64,000 nt of DNA from Octopus vulgaris. Lineage: Eukaryota. The stretch lies in the NCBI GenBank assembly GCA_951406725.2, contig OX597815.1, positions 76,198,001 to 76,262,000 of the forward strand, read 5' to 3'. This document shows, piece by piece, positions 1 to 11,199 of this stretch. The notes under the pieces are model-generated. The model saw only the letters and a program-made list of their open reading frames with translations, was not told the DNA's origin and did no database searches. Each line of letters starts with the position of its first letter. Within the stretch, counting starts at the first letter, position 1. The position numbers and the translations under genes were made by a program.

Positions 1-493
1 CTGGGAATCAGAACCACAATCTTGCAATTGTGAGTGCAATACCCACACTACTAGGCCATGTGCCTTCACCTGCCCTTTGAATAGAAATATATTTTGTTTC
101 TAGTATAGAATTCTTCCCATCCAGTTTTTAAAAAATTTATCTTACCCCAATATTTTTTCTACACTCATTCTTCTACTTCTTCCCTCATATATACATGTAC
201 AAATTATTTATACTTTGTAGCAGAGTATATTAATAAATTTGAAAAGATTATCATTCAAACTGACATTGACTTCATTCAGCATTCTCAAGATTTACATTTT
301 TAACAGAAGAGTTAACATTCAATGCACAAAAACATATGCAAAAGCAGTGATGTCATTATTTAAAGATAGGATCTTTCTCAAATATTATAATGTATGATAT
401 TTGTAATTAATTTCTGTTTCATTTCCAGTTTCTGCATAATTTTCTTTTCTGATCTTTATTTTAAGCTTATTTGTTTTTTAAATTACATTTCAG

Positions 494-537
494 ATAATGT
501 TGATAGTTCAATTGTCAGTAGTACTTCAGTTTCAAAG
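494..537 (+). CDS. REPS1: Internal coding exon (44 nt) of RalBP1-associated Eps domain-containing protein (REPS1/2-like)
   Basis: tttcag acceptor at 491-493 and gtgagt donor at 538. Reads (D)NVDSSIVSSTSVSK and ends in phase 0, matching the next exon. Confidence 0.7.
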
Positions 538-579
538 GTGAGTTTTGTAATATATTGAGCATATCAAGAATACTCACAT

Positions 580-970
580 TTTCTTTTACTTGTTTCAGTC
601 ATTGGAATGTGGCCATGCTGGAGTACCAGATTAAATCCACCTTAGTACTTGTTTTAAGTCTGGTACTTATTCTATCCGTCTTTTTAGACAAATTACTAAG
701 TTACATAGACAAACCAGCACCAGTTAAGTAGTGAGTGACAAATGCAGACACTTGCACAGTCTTTCTCTGTCACTCTTTTTCTCTCACATACAAACATATA
801 CATATGTTAGGCTTCCTTATAGTTTCCATTTACCAAATTTGCTCACAAGGCATTGGTTTGCTCAGGACATGGTAGAAGATACTTGCCAAGGTGCTTCACA
901 AGAGTACTGAATCTAAAACCACATGGTTGGGAAGTGAACCTCTTAACTACACAGCCATGCTTACACCTGT
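580..970 (-). mobile_element. tRNA-derived SINE with internal microsatellite
   Basis: Reverse complement of the recurrent head GGCTGTGTAGTTAAG...TTCCCAACCATGTGG and tail ...CCAGCATGGCCAC...GACTGAAACAAGTAAAA seen many times in this window. Confidence 0.75.
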
Positions 971-1133
971 ATATATATATTTTGTATCATTAATTCTATA
1001 TCCACACTTCTGGTGTGACTGTGAAAATAAATTGATGGTCATTAGTCATAATGGCGACTGGAAGTAATTATTAGTGTAGCCCCCCACCCATCAGATATTC
1101 ATTCATCAAAGTCAGTGACATTAATGACACAAA

Positions 1134-2780
1134 CATCATCATCATCGTTTAACGTCCGCTTTCTATGCTGGCATGGATTGGACAGTTTGGCCGAGGACTG
1201 GTGAACCAGAGGCTGCACCAGGCTCAATCTGATCTGGCAAAGTTTCTACAGCTGGATGCCCTTTCTAATGCCAACCACTCCGACAATGTAGTGGGTGCTT
1301 TTTACGTGCCATCGGCATGAGAGCCATCTGGCAGTTCCGGCAACGACCCTGCTGAAAAGGTGTTTTTATGTGCTACCTGCACGGGAACAAGTCTGGTGGC
1401 ACTGGCAACAACTACGCTCAAGTGTTGCTTTTCACGTGCCATTGGTACACACTGGCAGGGCAACACTGGCAACGACCACGCTTGAATGGTGCTTTTCATG
1501 TGTCACCAGCACGGGAGCCAATCTGTGGCCCTGGCAATGATCACACTCGCATGTGCTTTTAACTTTCCACTGGCACAAGTGCCAATCAAGCAGTACTGTC
1601 ATCAGCCACGTCAATGATTTTGGTTTGTTTACACTTGCCTGAATAGGTCTTCACAAGCAAATTTCATTGTCCAATGAATGAGGGGTACTCATAAGTGGAC
1701 TGGTTTCACCCCACGTTCAGATGTGCTTTTAACGTTCCACTGGCAAAAGTGCCAATCAGGCGGTACTGTCGTCAGCCACGTCATCAATTTTGATTTTGAT
1801 TTCACTTGCCTCAATAGGTCTTCACAAGCAAAGTTTATTGTCCAATGAATGAGGGGTATTCATAAATGGGCTGGTTACACCCACTTGCATAGGCCATGGG
1901 TTATGGTCTCACTTGGCTTGTTGGGTCTTCTCAAGCACAGCATATCTCCAAAGGTCCTGGTTGCAAGTCATTGCTTTGGTAAGGCCCAATGTTTGAAGGT
2001 CGTGCTTCACCACCTCATCCCAGGTCTACCTCTTCCACAGGTTCCCTCAACTGCTAGGGTATGAAAAGTCACACAGCTGTCCTCATTCATTCACAACTCA
2101 TGACCATACCAGCGCAGTTGTCTCTCTTGCGCACTACATCTGATGCTTCTTAAATCCAACTTTTCTCTCAGGGCGCCTACACTCTGTCGTGTATGCACAC
2201 TGACATTACACATCCAGTGCAGCATACTGGCTTCATTCCTTGCAAGCTTACGCATGTCCTCAGTAGTCATGGCCCATGTTTCACTGCCATGTAGCATGGC
2301 TGTTTGCACACATGCATCATACAGTCTATCTTCTACTCTGAGTGAGAGGCCCTTTGTCACTAGCAGAGGTAGGAGATTTCTGAACTTTGCCTAGGCTATT
2401 CTTATTCTAGCAGCTACACTTTCAGAGCATCCACCTCTGCTACTGACTTGGTCCCCTAAGTAACAGAAGCTATCAACTACTTCTAGATGTTCTCCCTGGA
2501 ATGTGACAGAAGCTGTTCTCTGCACATTTTCTGTTTATAGCACCTGAGCATTTACCACATACAAAACCTATCTTCCCAGTTAGCTTCCCTTTGATATTGC
2601 TGCACCTCTTATGTGTCCATAGCTTACACTGGGTACATCTTATAGAGTTTCTATAAGATCAAGCAGGGCCATCTACCTGAAGGGATTTGTGGTTTGTCTG
2701 CCTTCCTACTTATTAAGACTTTGGTTTTAGCTAGGTTGACTCTAAGGCCTTTCGATTCTTATCCTTGCTTTCACACCTGA
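1134..2780 (-). mobile_element. 5'-truncated RTE-clade LINE (ORF C-terminus, tandem-repeat 3'UTR, (GAT)n tail)
   Basis: ORF 2091-2360 has LYDACVQTAMLHGSETW...RQLRWYGH, typical of the RTE ORF C-terminus. A (CAT)n tail is at 1134. Homologous to 13100-14081. Confidence 0.85.
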
Positions 2781-3312
2781 AAATATAAAAAAATACATAA
2801 TATTGTAACATTAAGTAAAGAATTTGGTAAAATAACTTTGCTGTTGTTCGAAACATAAATTAAAACAAAGTTTCCTGAGAACATTTAAAAAAGATTTAAT
2901 CACTTTAAAATGGCATGGTTTCATCATAGGGCCAAAGGCAGTCTCAGGTGGGTTTGGTATGAAAAGGGTCAATGTGTATACAACAAGCTGGATTATCTAT
3001 TCAAGACAATGTCATTCGTGGGTATGAATTTCCAATCCAAGTTTAATACATTAGTTTATAATCTTTTATTTATATATTTATGCTGGTGAATGTGAATTAT
3101 AGTTAGAAATTATGCACAGAAATTGAAAAAAAATCTGTTCTACACTTCAAAGAGAATGTTGAAGGAAATAAGTACCATAAAGATTTTTCTGAAAACCCAC
3201 CTAAGACTAAAATTGTTGGTAATGTTTCAGTTGATGCTTGTTGATAAAATTTTTTTTTTTAAATCCAAATGTATAGATGATGCCTAAAAGTATTATCTTG
3301 TATGTGTTTTAG

Positions 3313-3377
3313 GTGCTTCCAGAACCTGAAGAAGAAGTTATGAGTAGTGATCGGCAAAAGTCTTCTTACTATGGCAG
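3313..3377 (+). CDS. REPS1: Internal coding exon (65 nt) of REPS1/2-like gene
   Basis: ttttag acceptor and CAG|gtaggt donor. Reads VLPEPEEEVMSSDRQKSSYYG plus AG (phase 2), joining in frame to G at 6621 to give Arg. Confidence 0.8.
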
Positions 3378-4125
3378 GTAGGTTTGTCAGTACAAATATA
3401 TATTCTCATCATCATCTATTTTCCATGCTGCCATGGGTTGAACTCTTTGACAGGAGCTGGCAAGCTGGAGAGCTATACCAGGCTCCAGTTGTCTGTTTTG
3501 GCATGGCTGGATGCCCTTCTTAACCCCAACTACTTTACAGAGTGTACTGGGTGCCTCTGACGTGGCAGCAGCAAGGGTACCTCTGATGTGGTGCCAGCAT
3601 CTGTTGGGTTGCCAACAAGCTAGAAAGACAAGGACCTCTCAGCTGAGAGGGGGGGTGGAAATGAGAGATGTGGCCATGTGCCAGGTGAGAGGGACAAGGA
3701 TAGCTGCCTTACTACAAAACACATACTCAGTTACCCTATAGGATAAGGAACAAAGGGAGGTGAGAGAGAACTAGAAAGTCAGAGAGAGAGAGAGAGAGAG
3801 CAAGTAAAGGTCTACTCACTGGAAACCTAAGGGGGAGAGTATAAGTAGTACTGATGGGATACAGATGTTCTGTAAGAGTGTAAGGGGAGATAATTATAGA
3901 TAGCAAGTGATGGTAAGAGAAACTGGAGTGGCTGGGAAGTGAGTATGAGAGATAATATAAAGGCATGGAAAGTGTGCAGATAGGCATGTGAGGGAGAGTG
4001 GTGAGACCTGGTGGGGGTGTTGGGGAGTTTTGCTAGAGGACAAAATTATGTATGTGAGAGAGGGGAAGACAGGCTATAGCTGTAAAGGACATGCCTGTAT
4101 GGATGGATGACTGATTTTATATTGC

Positions 4126-4576
4126 TTGACAAGTCTTCTTGAGCACAGCAGATTATCAGAAGTCTCGGTCCCTTGTCATTTCTTTGAGGTTCAACATTTG
4201 CAGATCATTTTTCAACACGCCATCCCATGTTAACTCTTTCCACGGATTCCCTCCACAATTAGAGATTGGCATATTTTTCATGCAGCTATTCTCTATTATA
4301 TGCATCACATGACTGTACCAGCACAATCTTCTCTCTTGCACCCTACATCTGACTTTACCCATCGAGCAGAGTATGTTGGTTTCATTTCTTTCCGGCCTTT
4401 GCATATCTTCTGCAGTTAGAGCCCATGTTTCATTACCATGTAGCATAGCTGTTTGTACACAGGCATTGTATGAACTGCCTTTCTCTCTGAGTGAGAGGCC
4501 CTTTGTTACCAACAATGATAGTAGCTCTCTGAACTTTGCTCAGCTCATTCTTATTCTAGCAAATACGCTTTCAGAG
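4126..4576 (-). mobile_element. RTE LINE ORF C-terminal fragment
   Basis: ORF 4156-4515 has YNACVQTAMLHGNETW...RRLCWYSHV; same family as 2091-2360. Confidence 0.8.
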
Positions 4577-6620
4577 TTATATATATATAAATTTTAACAT
4601 CTACTTTTCCATGCTTGCATGGGTTTGACAGAATTCATTGAGGTAGATTTTCTCTGGTTGAATGCCCTTTCTGTCACCATCTTGGATGAATTCTCTATTA
4701 TTGCTCCAGGCTGTCCAAAGCTTTGTCAGTGGATTTGGTAGAAGCCCATCATGTGTACCAGTCTATGAGAGCAGTAGCTCTGAATAAGGAATAATGTGGA
4801 TTTTGACAACTCATGCCTGCATTGAAAGACATTGTATTTTAACAGTGTTGATATAAAGGCTCCCTTGGTTTTACTATGGAATTTTGCATTCCATTATGTA
4901 ACATTGTGTGTTCACTTGTAGAAATGATACAAGAAACGAACTTTAAAAAACAACAGTGAGACTTTATTCAGCTGTTAAATAGCTTAGTGGATGAAATGAA
5001 CACCTCATGAATTTTGATGTGATTGAATAGTTCATTCATTGTTTGGATAATTAAGCTCTGGCCGTCATTAGTTATATGTGCTCTGTTACATTAATTTTAT
5101 TCTGGTGAATAACGGCAGGAAAATAACATGACTCACCTTCATGAAAATTGCTCACCCTTCTGCTTACAGTTGATTTGTTAGACATGTACATTGACAGAAG
5201 GTAGGCTCCAGCACAGATTCAGATTAGTTGTTTGACAATGTATTACGTGCAATGTAATTGGATCCTCAATCCATATCTCACGCTTTAGTCAACCATTCAA
5301 AGCACAAGACTCAACCAATATTCCAAACTCATATGATAAGTAAGACGACCAATCATTACAGATTAATATGCTGAGCCTATAAAACACTAGTCGACTTCAA
5401 TATGCCATAGCAGAAATTGGTCTCGCTACAGTATATGTGTGTGTATGTGCTTCCTTGTCTTAGTATGATGGCTGTAAATGAGTGTCACTGTCACACAAAC
5501 AGTGTCATTCATTTCAAATATTCTGCAAAACATGTCTGGCAATAGGGAAATATTATCTTGCTTGGAAACAGATGAGGTTTGGTGACATGAAGGGTATCCA
5601 GCCCTAGAAAATCTGCCTTAATAAACTCTGATCCATACAAGCATGGAAAAGAAGGCATTAAAATGATAATGATGATATCTACACACACACACACATACAC
5701 ATGCACACACACACGCACACACACACACACACATACACAAAAGGAAAAATTGTAAAGGATGTAATCTACTTCCACCATGATTTCTGTAATTATTCTGAAG
5801 AAAGGAAGAGTTTAACGTAAAATCAAATTTAATAAAAAATGAGTTGTTACTTTTGAATTACTTGAAAAGGGAATATAATGTATTTCAAAACAGTGCTGTT
5901 AGTAAACTTGTTAACTAAATAACCACATTTTCAAAATCTAGTGACATACCTAGTACATACTGTAGAGTGGATGGCAAACAAGCTGAGAAATGTAGGGTTG
6001 TGAGGTCTGTTTTGTCCTATCTTGTCATGGTTTTACTCTAGTGTTGGTTGGTACCATTAGAAAAATGCCCTGAGTACACTCAAGTGGTTGACAATAGGGA
6101 GGGCATCCAGCTATAGAAATCAAACCAAATCAAGATAACATATCAAGTATCTGTCTATGAGAGCAGTTGCTCCCAATAACAAATAATTTGAATTGTGAAA
6201 ACCTATCCAACTTGTGCCTGCATGGAAAGACAGTGTATGGTGATGGTAACTTTTTAAAATTATTTCCTTACATGTTGTATGTGAAATTTTTGTAATTATT
6301 TCTTGTAATCCTAATCTTATATGATACATTAGATTGCAAGGACTTTCCACAAGCAAATGACTGATTAATCAATAGATTAGTCTGTAGAAAAATTTCAACT
6401 TTCTACACTTGGTATTATTTACAATTACCAATTGTGAGTTTTCTTTAAGAATTTTGTGGAGTGAAAGGATGTTAAATAAAAAGCTGTAGTAAATGTTTTC
6501 TTGTGCAGAAATGATTTATTCCTGCACGAGATGACTTTAACTATAAATTTGTTATAGAATAGTTATTGTCTTGGATTTGTTGTTTAAAATGACTTATATT
6601 GTTACTACTTCTCTCTTTAG

Positions 6621-6792
6621 GCAACCAAGTCGGGATAAACGAGAGCTCCAAATGGCAATTAGTACCCATAAAGAAAGGAATGCCATGCTAGAACGTGTTA
6701 ATAGCGAACTGAACCAGGAACTCCAGGAGGTGATGGAACAGCGGATTGCGCTGGAAATCCAACTGGAGCACCTGAGGCCCTACCACAGCTGA
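6621..6792 (+). CDS. REPS1: Terminal coding exon of REPS1/2-like protein (C-terminal RalBP1-binding coiled coil)
   Basis: Polypyrimidine plus ag acceptor at 6619-6620 and TGA at 6790-6792. DKRELQMAISTHKERNAMLERVNSELNQELQEVMEQRIALEIQLEHLRPYHS* closely matches the vertebrate REPS1 C-terminus as recalled ([50 protein letters not shown]). Confidence 0.9.
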
Positions 6793-7232
6793 CTAGTATA
6801 CAGCTACTGAACCAGCAGCCCTTGGCATTAATAAAGCCATTTCCAAAAGAAAAAGAAAAAAGACAGCAACCACATCAGGGAAATTACCGAGAATGGGGCA
6901 GATGGCTCGGAAGCCCAAGATGATAACCCCACTCAGCAAAGGAAGGACCTAAGGACTGAGAATTCTTGTTTTAAAATAATCTTCTCATTATATCAGTAAA
7001 TTAATGGTTGGCAGTAAGTTACTTGAAGCAGAATTACTAAAACATTGTGTCTGTTAGCAGTAACAGCAGCGACTGCCTGTAGTCAGGTCTGATCTCCTTA
7101 TTTGCTGGTGGACATGGTTGATAACTATTGGATTATAACTACCATGAAAACACTTGCTTCTTCTCACTATTTTTTTTTCTGTATTGCATTTAAACAAATT
7201 TAACTTAAGTAGCAAAATATTATCGAACACAC

Positions 7233-7272
<40 letters not shown>

Positions 7273-7499
7273 ATACAAGCACCAAAAGAAATGATATATG
7301 GAACAGATATTGTAAACTTGATTAATTTCAATCAGGTTTTGTTTCTGCCTCTGAATATCTCCTCTCTTTCTCTCTTGACTGTCATTAGACTTGATAGAGA
7401 TTGAATCTTTAACTGGTGTCATAGAGGTTGGTTCTACTGTTACAAATGTGCTGCTATTTATGGCTAGTAAAGAACTGCCTATTTGCACTGCCTATATCC

Positions 7500-7569
<70 letters not shown>

Positions 7570-8929
7570 CACACATACATACATAGAAATATACATACAG
7601 TTTTTTTTTGTAATTATTTTAAATAAACCTCTGCTGCCTCATTGCTTCATCAGTCAGAAGCATATCCAATATTTGAGCAACTAAAAGAAAAAGAAAACCA
7701 AACAAAAAGGTGAAGAAGATGAGTCAAAGGACTGTGATTGTATCATGTTGCGTTACAAACCAATGTTATATAGTTTTGTCTGTCTAAATGCGGGGTGATG
7801 GGGTGGAGGAGGAGGAAGAGGACAGTTATTTAGTATTGATAGAATATTCCTGTGTGTTTCTGTTATATATAATGAAAAAAAAAACTGATTCAACCAACAA
7901 AAGAAAGAAAGGAAAGTTAAAATAGAACTGATCCTTGTTCTATTTATTACCTTTTTTGTATATTGAAATCTAGGAATGAGTTTAGGAGATTAAAAAAAGA
8001 CCCCAGAAAAACAACTGTTCTGACACTTCAATTAAGATGTATTCTTTCTTTCTCCCCACCCACTCTTTGTGTCTTAAAAAACCATGTACTTTTTCTGCTT
8101 TCCAATGTAAATTTTGTTTTTATCTACTGGTGGGGTGGGGGCGGGGGACTCAGACAAATATGTATGTAATTAACTTAAGTTTATTGGCTTTTGAAGCTTG
8201 TACATTTATTTAGCTTTAATTTTGTGTATATGTATTGCTAAATGTCAATGTCTATAAAATATTGTTTGAAGATGATATGCATATATATGCTCTTATTTTT
8301 TTATTTTCAAAATTTACTTTGTTTTTGTAATATGTGCAATGTCTAAAATTTATGTGTTTCTTGCAGCAAATATACTTCTAAGTTAACAAGCATAGGTCTA
8401 CATTAAATTTACCGAGATATCTCATCACCATATTTCTATCTGAAATATTTTCTGTGTGAACTCAACTGATAAAACCTTTGCAAATCATCTACAAATTCAT
8501 TGGTTGGTTTAGCTGGGTTTCACGACATTGAAAAATATTGTTTTTGGATGTAGGTTTCAGTCCTTTGCTCCAAATTGGAACTCAGGATTTATTTGACTGT
8601 CTTTGTTTTACTTTTAGTATCCTAGCTATGGCAGCATGAAAGGCAGATGTGAAATGATGCATTTCATCATCATACTAAAATTAAGATGCAGAAATCACTT
8701 AAAAAATTATTAGCATCAGGAAGATGACAACTCCACACCGACTAGGACTGCAACAACAGCTTTGCATGTGTTGAAACCAAGACTGACAGATGAGCAAAAG
8801 GTCTGTTTCTATGAGTGTCTCTTGCAGATGACTTTGATAACATTTGATGGTGGTGCCCTTGTCATCATGAATTGTTACATTAATTGACATGTTAGGCAAT
8901 ATCATTATTGCTTCTCTACTTTATCTAGA

Positions 8930-9655
8930 GGCTGTGGATATGGTATGAAGGATAAGGATGGATCAAGGCTCTTAGAGTTTTGTATGCAAGTGGCTTAACC
9001 AGTTGCTATATTAGCTTCAGGAAATTGGCTAAACATTTGATCAGGTACTGCTCTGGTGAACATACAATCCAGATAGGCTTCATATTGATCAAGAAACAGG
9101 ATAGACAATTGTTTGTGAATATTAATTCCTTCTTTGGTGAAAACTGTACCTCTCATTATAGACCAATAGCTTCAGGATAAGAACTAGATGGACAGGGACA
9201 CAATATGGAATAGTATAGGAGCCGAAAGACTACTTGGCCAGATGTAAGTTCGGGAACATAGACTTATAATGTAAGGGACTGCTGGAATTTTCTATGAGAC
9301 ATTTTATTGTGAGCCACAAACCAAATCTTTGTATGGAACAAGTCAAGGGAGAGCAATGAGTTCAGTGGAGAATTTAACATGCGAGCAAGTGTTCTTCAGG
9401 ACTCCGTTCTGAGTCTTCTATGCATCGTGGTTCTACATGCCATAGAAGAGTTTGAGACTAGCTATTTGTGACAAATCCTGCATGAAAATGACCTGATTTT
9501 CATTGCTTATTTGTTGAATAGCAAAGAAATTCCAATATGGAAGCAAAGGCTTGAATTGGGAAGTAAACTGAGTAATGACAAAAGTTCTAGCTTGTAAGAA
9601 AAAAAAAAAAGATAGAATTCTCTTGCTATCAGGGAGGTGATCATGGCATATATGC
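8930..9655 (+). mobile_element. Degenerate RTE LINE remnant
   Basis: Patchy similarity to the 12100-12560 region (G-x-RLLEFC, NFRKLA) and RT-like 'VLQDSVLSLL'; many frameshifts. Confidence 0.55.
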
Positions 9656-10093
9656 ATGATATTATGTACTGTTATAATTCATGCCTCGGCCTCACATTGG
9701 AGTTAGTGTCAACTAATGGCAACTGCTAATGACTTAAAGCCTGTGAAGGAACAAAAGCAAAGTTAGTATCAATTTTTCATTAATGACAAAACATACCGAG
9801 TAATTTGTCTCAATGACATTAAAGAATCTGACCTTTTTGATACAAATACCAAGATCCTTGATCCTATGATGAAAACTTCCTATTTTAAAGTGGCCTAAAT
9901 TAAAACCTTCCAGCATTATTTCATGCTACTGAATGTTCAAAACATCAGATTAATAATTACAGGTATTCCACTAAATTCTTCTTTGTTTTGAAGATGAATT
10001 GAAACGAAAGCAGTGTATTTCAATAGAAATATGGTAACAAAAAGGCTAAAGAAAAAATATTTTATGTTTTGAAAAATCATTCAAAACATTTCA

Positions 10094-10247
10094 TCTCTAT
10101 ATATATAAATGGCAAAATGTCTGCGTGTGTGTCCTGTCCGAAACTTGATACACCAATTGAATGCCAGCTAGCTGTATGTGATTGGTTGGAGATTTGGACA
10201 GTACTTGCGTGTATGTGTGCACGCACGCAGCTGGGTCATAGTGCTAG
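10094..10247 (+). mobile_element. Short non-autonomous Helitron
   Basis: A|TCTCTATATATATAAA 5' end and ...GCTGGGTCATAGTGCTAG|T 3' end; termini resemble the element at 62309-62864. Confidence 0.6.
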
Positions 10248-11199
10248 TATATTTTAAGTGATTTATCAATGTTTTTAATTGCAACTAAAAATATTAAAAA
10301 AATTTATTATCAGTACCTGATAATGAACAGTGCAATAGTTTTCTTCTGAAAATTTATGCCATTAAGTAATTTTATACCATTTTCACTTGTAAATATTGCT
10401 GTTGAAGCAACTCACAGCCCCCATCATTATTAATGGTGGAAATTCTTTGTGGATGAGGGAGGTTCACAACTGTTACTGGAAGTCTGTGTTTGATAAATAT
10501 CGTGAAATTGGCTCACATGTAACCCACATTCAGAACCACTTCAGGTTCTGTCAGGATAAGACAAAGTAATTTCTTCAGACAAAGCATGACTTGAACTCAC
10601 CATTTTTAGCTTATAGAGCTTGTCAATTTTAAGTTTTCTTTTCATTCATATCCATAAGCATGGGCATGGGTGGGAGCTCAAGAGGTTTGCTTCCCAATTG
10701 GGTGGTTTCATTGCCTGGCACCTGCAGCAAGATTTGCTTACTATAGCTTTAGACTGATCAAAGCATTGTGAATGGAAACTGAAGGAAGCCCACCATGTGT
10801 GTGTGTCTGTATGGGCAGGGTACATTAGTGTCCCCTTATCTCAACATGGTGTTATGAGTATCACTGTTACACGAACAGTATTATTTATTTCCAATCCTCT
10901 TTGAAAATAAGTCTGGTCATGGGGAAATATTACCTTGTAAGAAACAGGTGTAGGCTGCTGACAGGGAGAGTATCTGGCCATAGAAAGTCTGCTTCAATGA
11001 ATTTCATCCTACCCATGTAAGCTGGAAAAGATGACATTAAAACAGCAACAACGATGTTGATGAGAGTGGCTACGTGGTACCTTGGGCAAGTGTCTTCTTA
11101 TAGCCTTGGGCTGACCAAAGCCTTGTGAGTGGATCTGGTAGATGGAAACTGAAAGAAGCCCGTTGTGTGTGTGTGTGTGTGTGTATTTGTGTGTTTTTC

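Noticed and set aside
7054-7684. ORFs of 144 aa and 97 aa downstream of REPS1
   Set aside because: They run through CA and TA microsatellites in the probable 3'UTR and have no protein signature.
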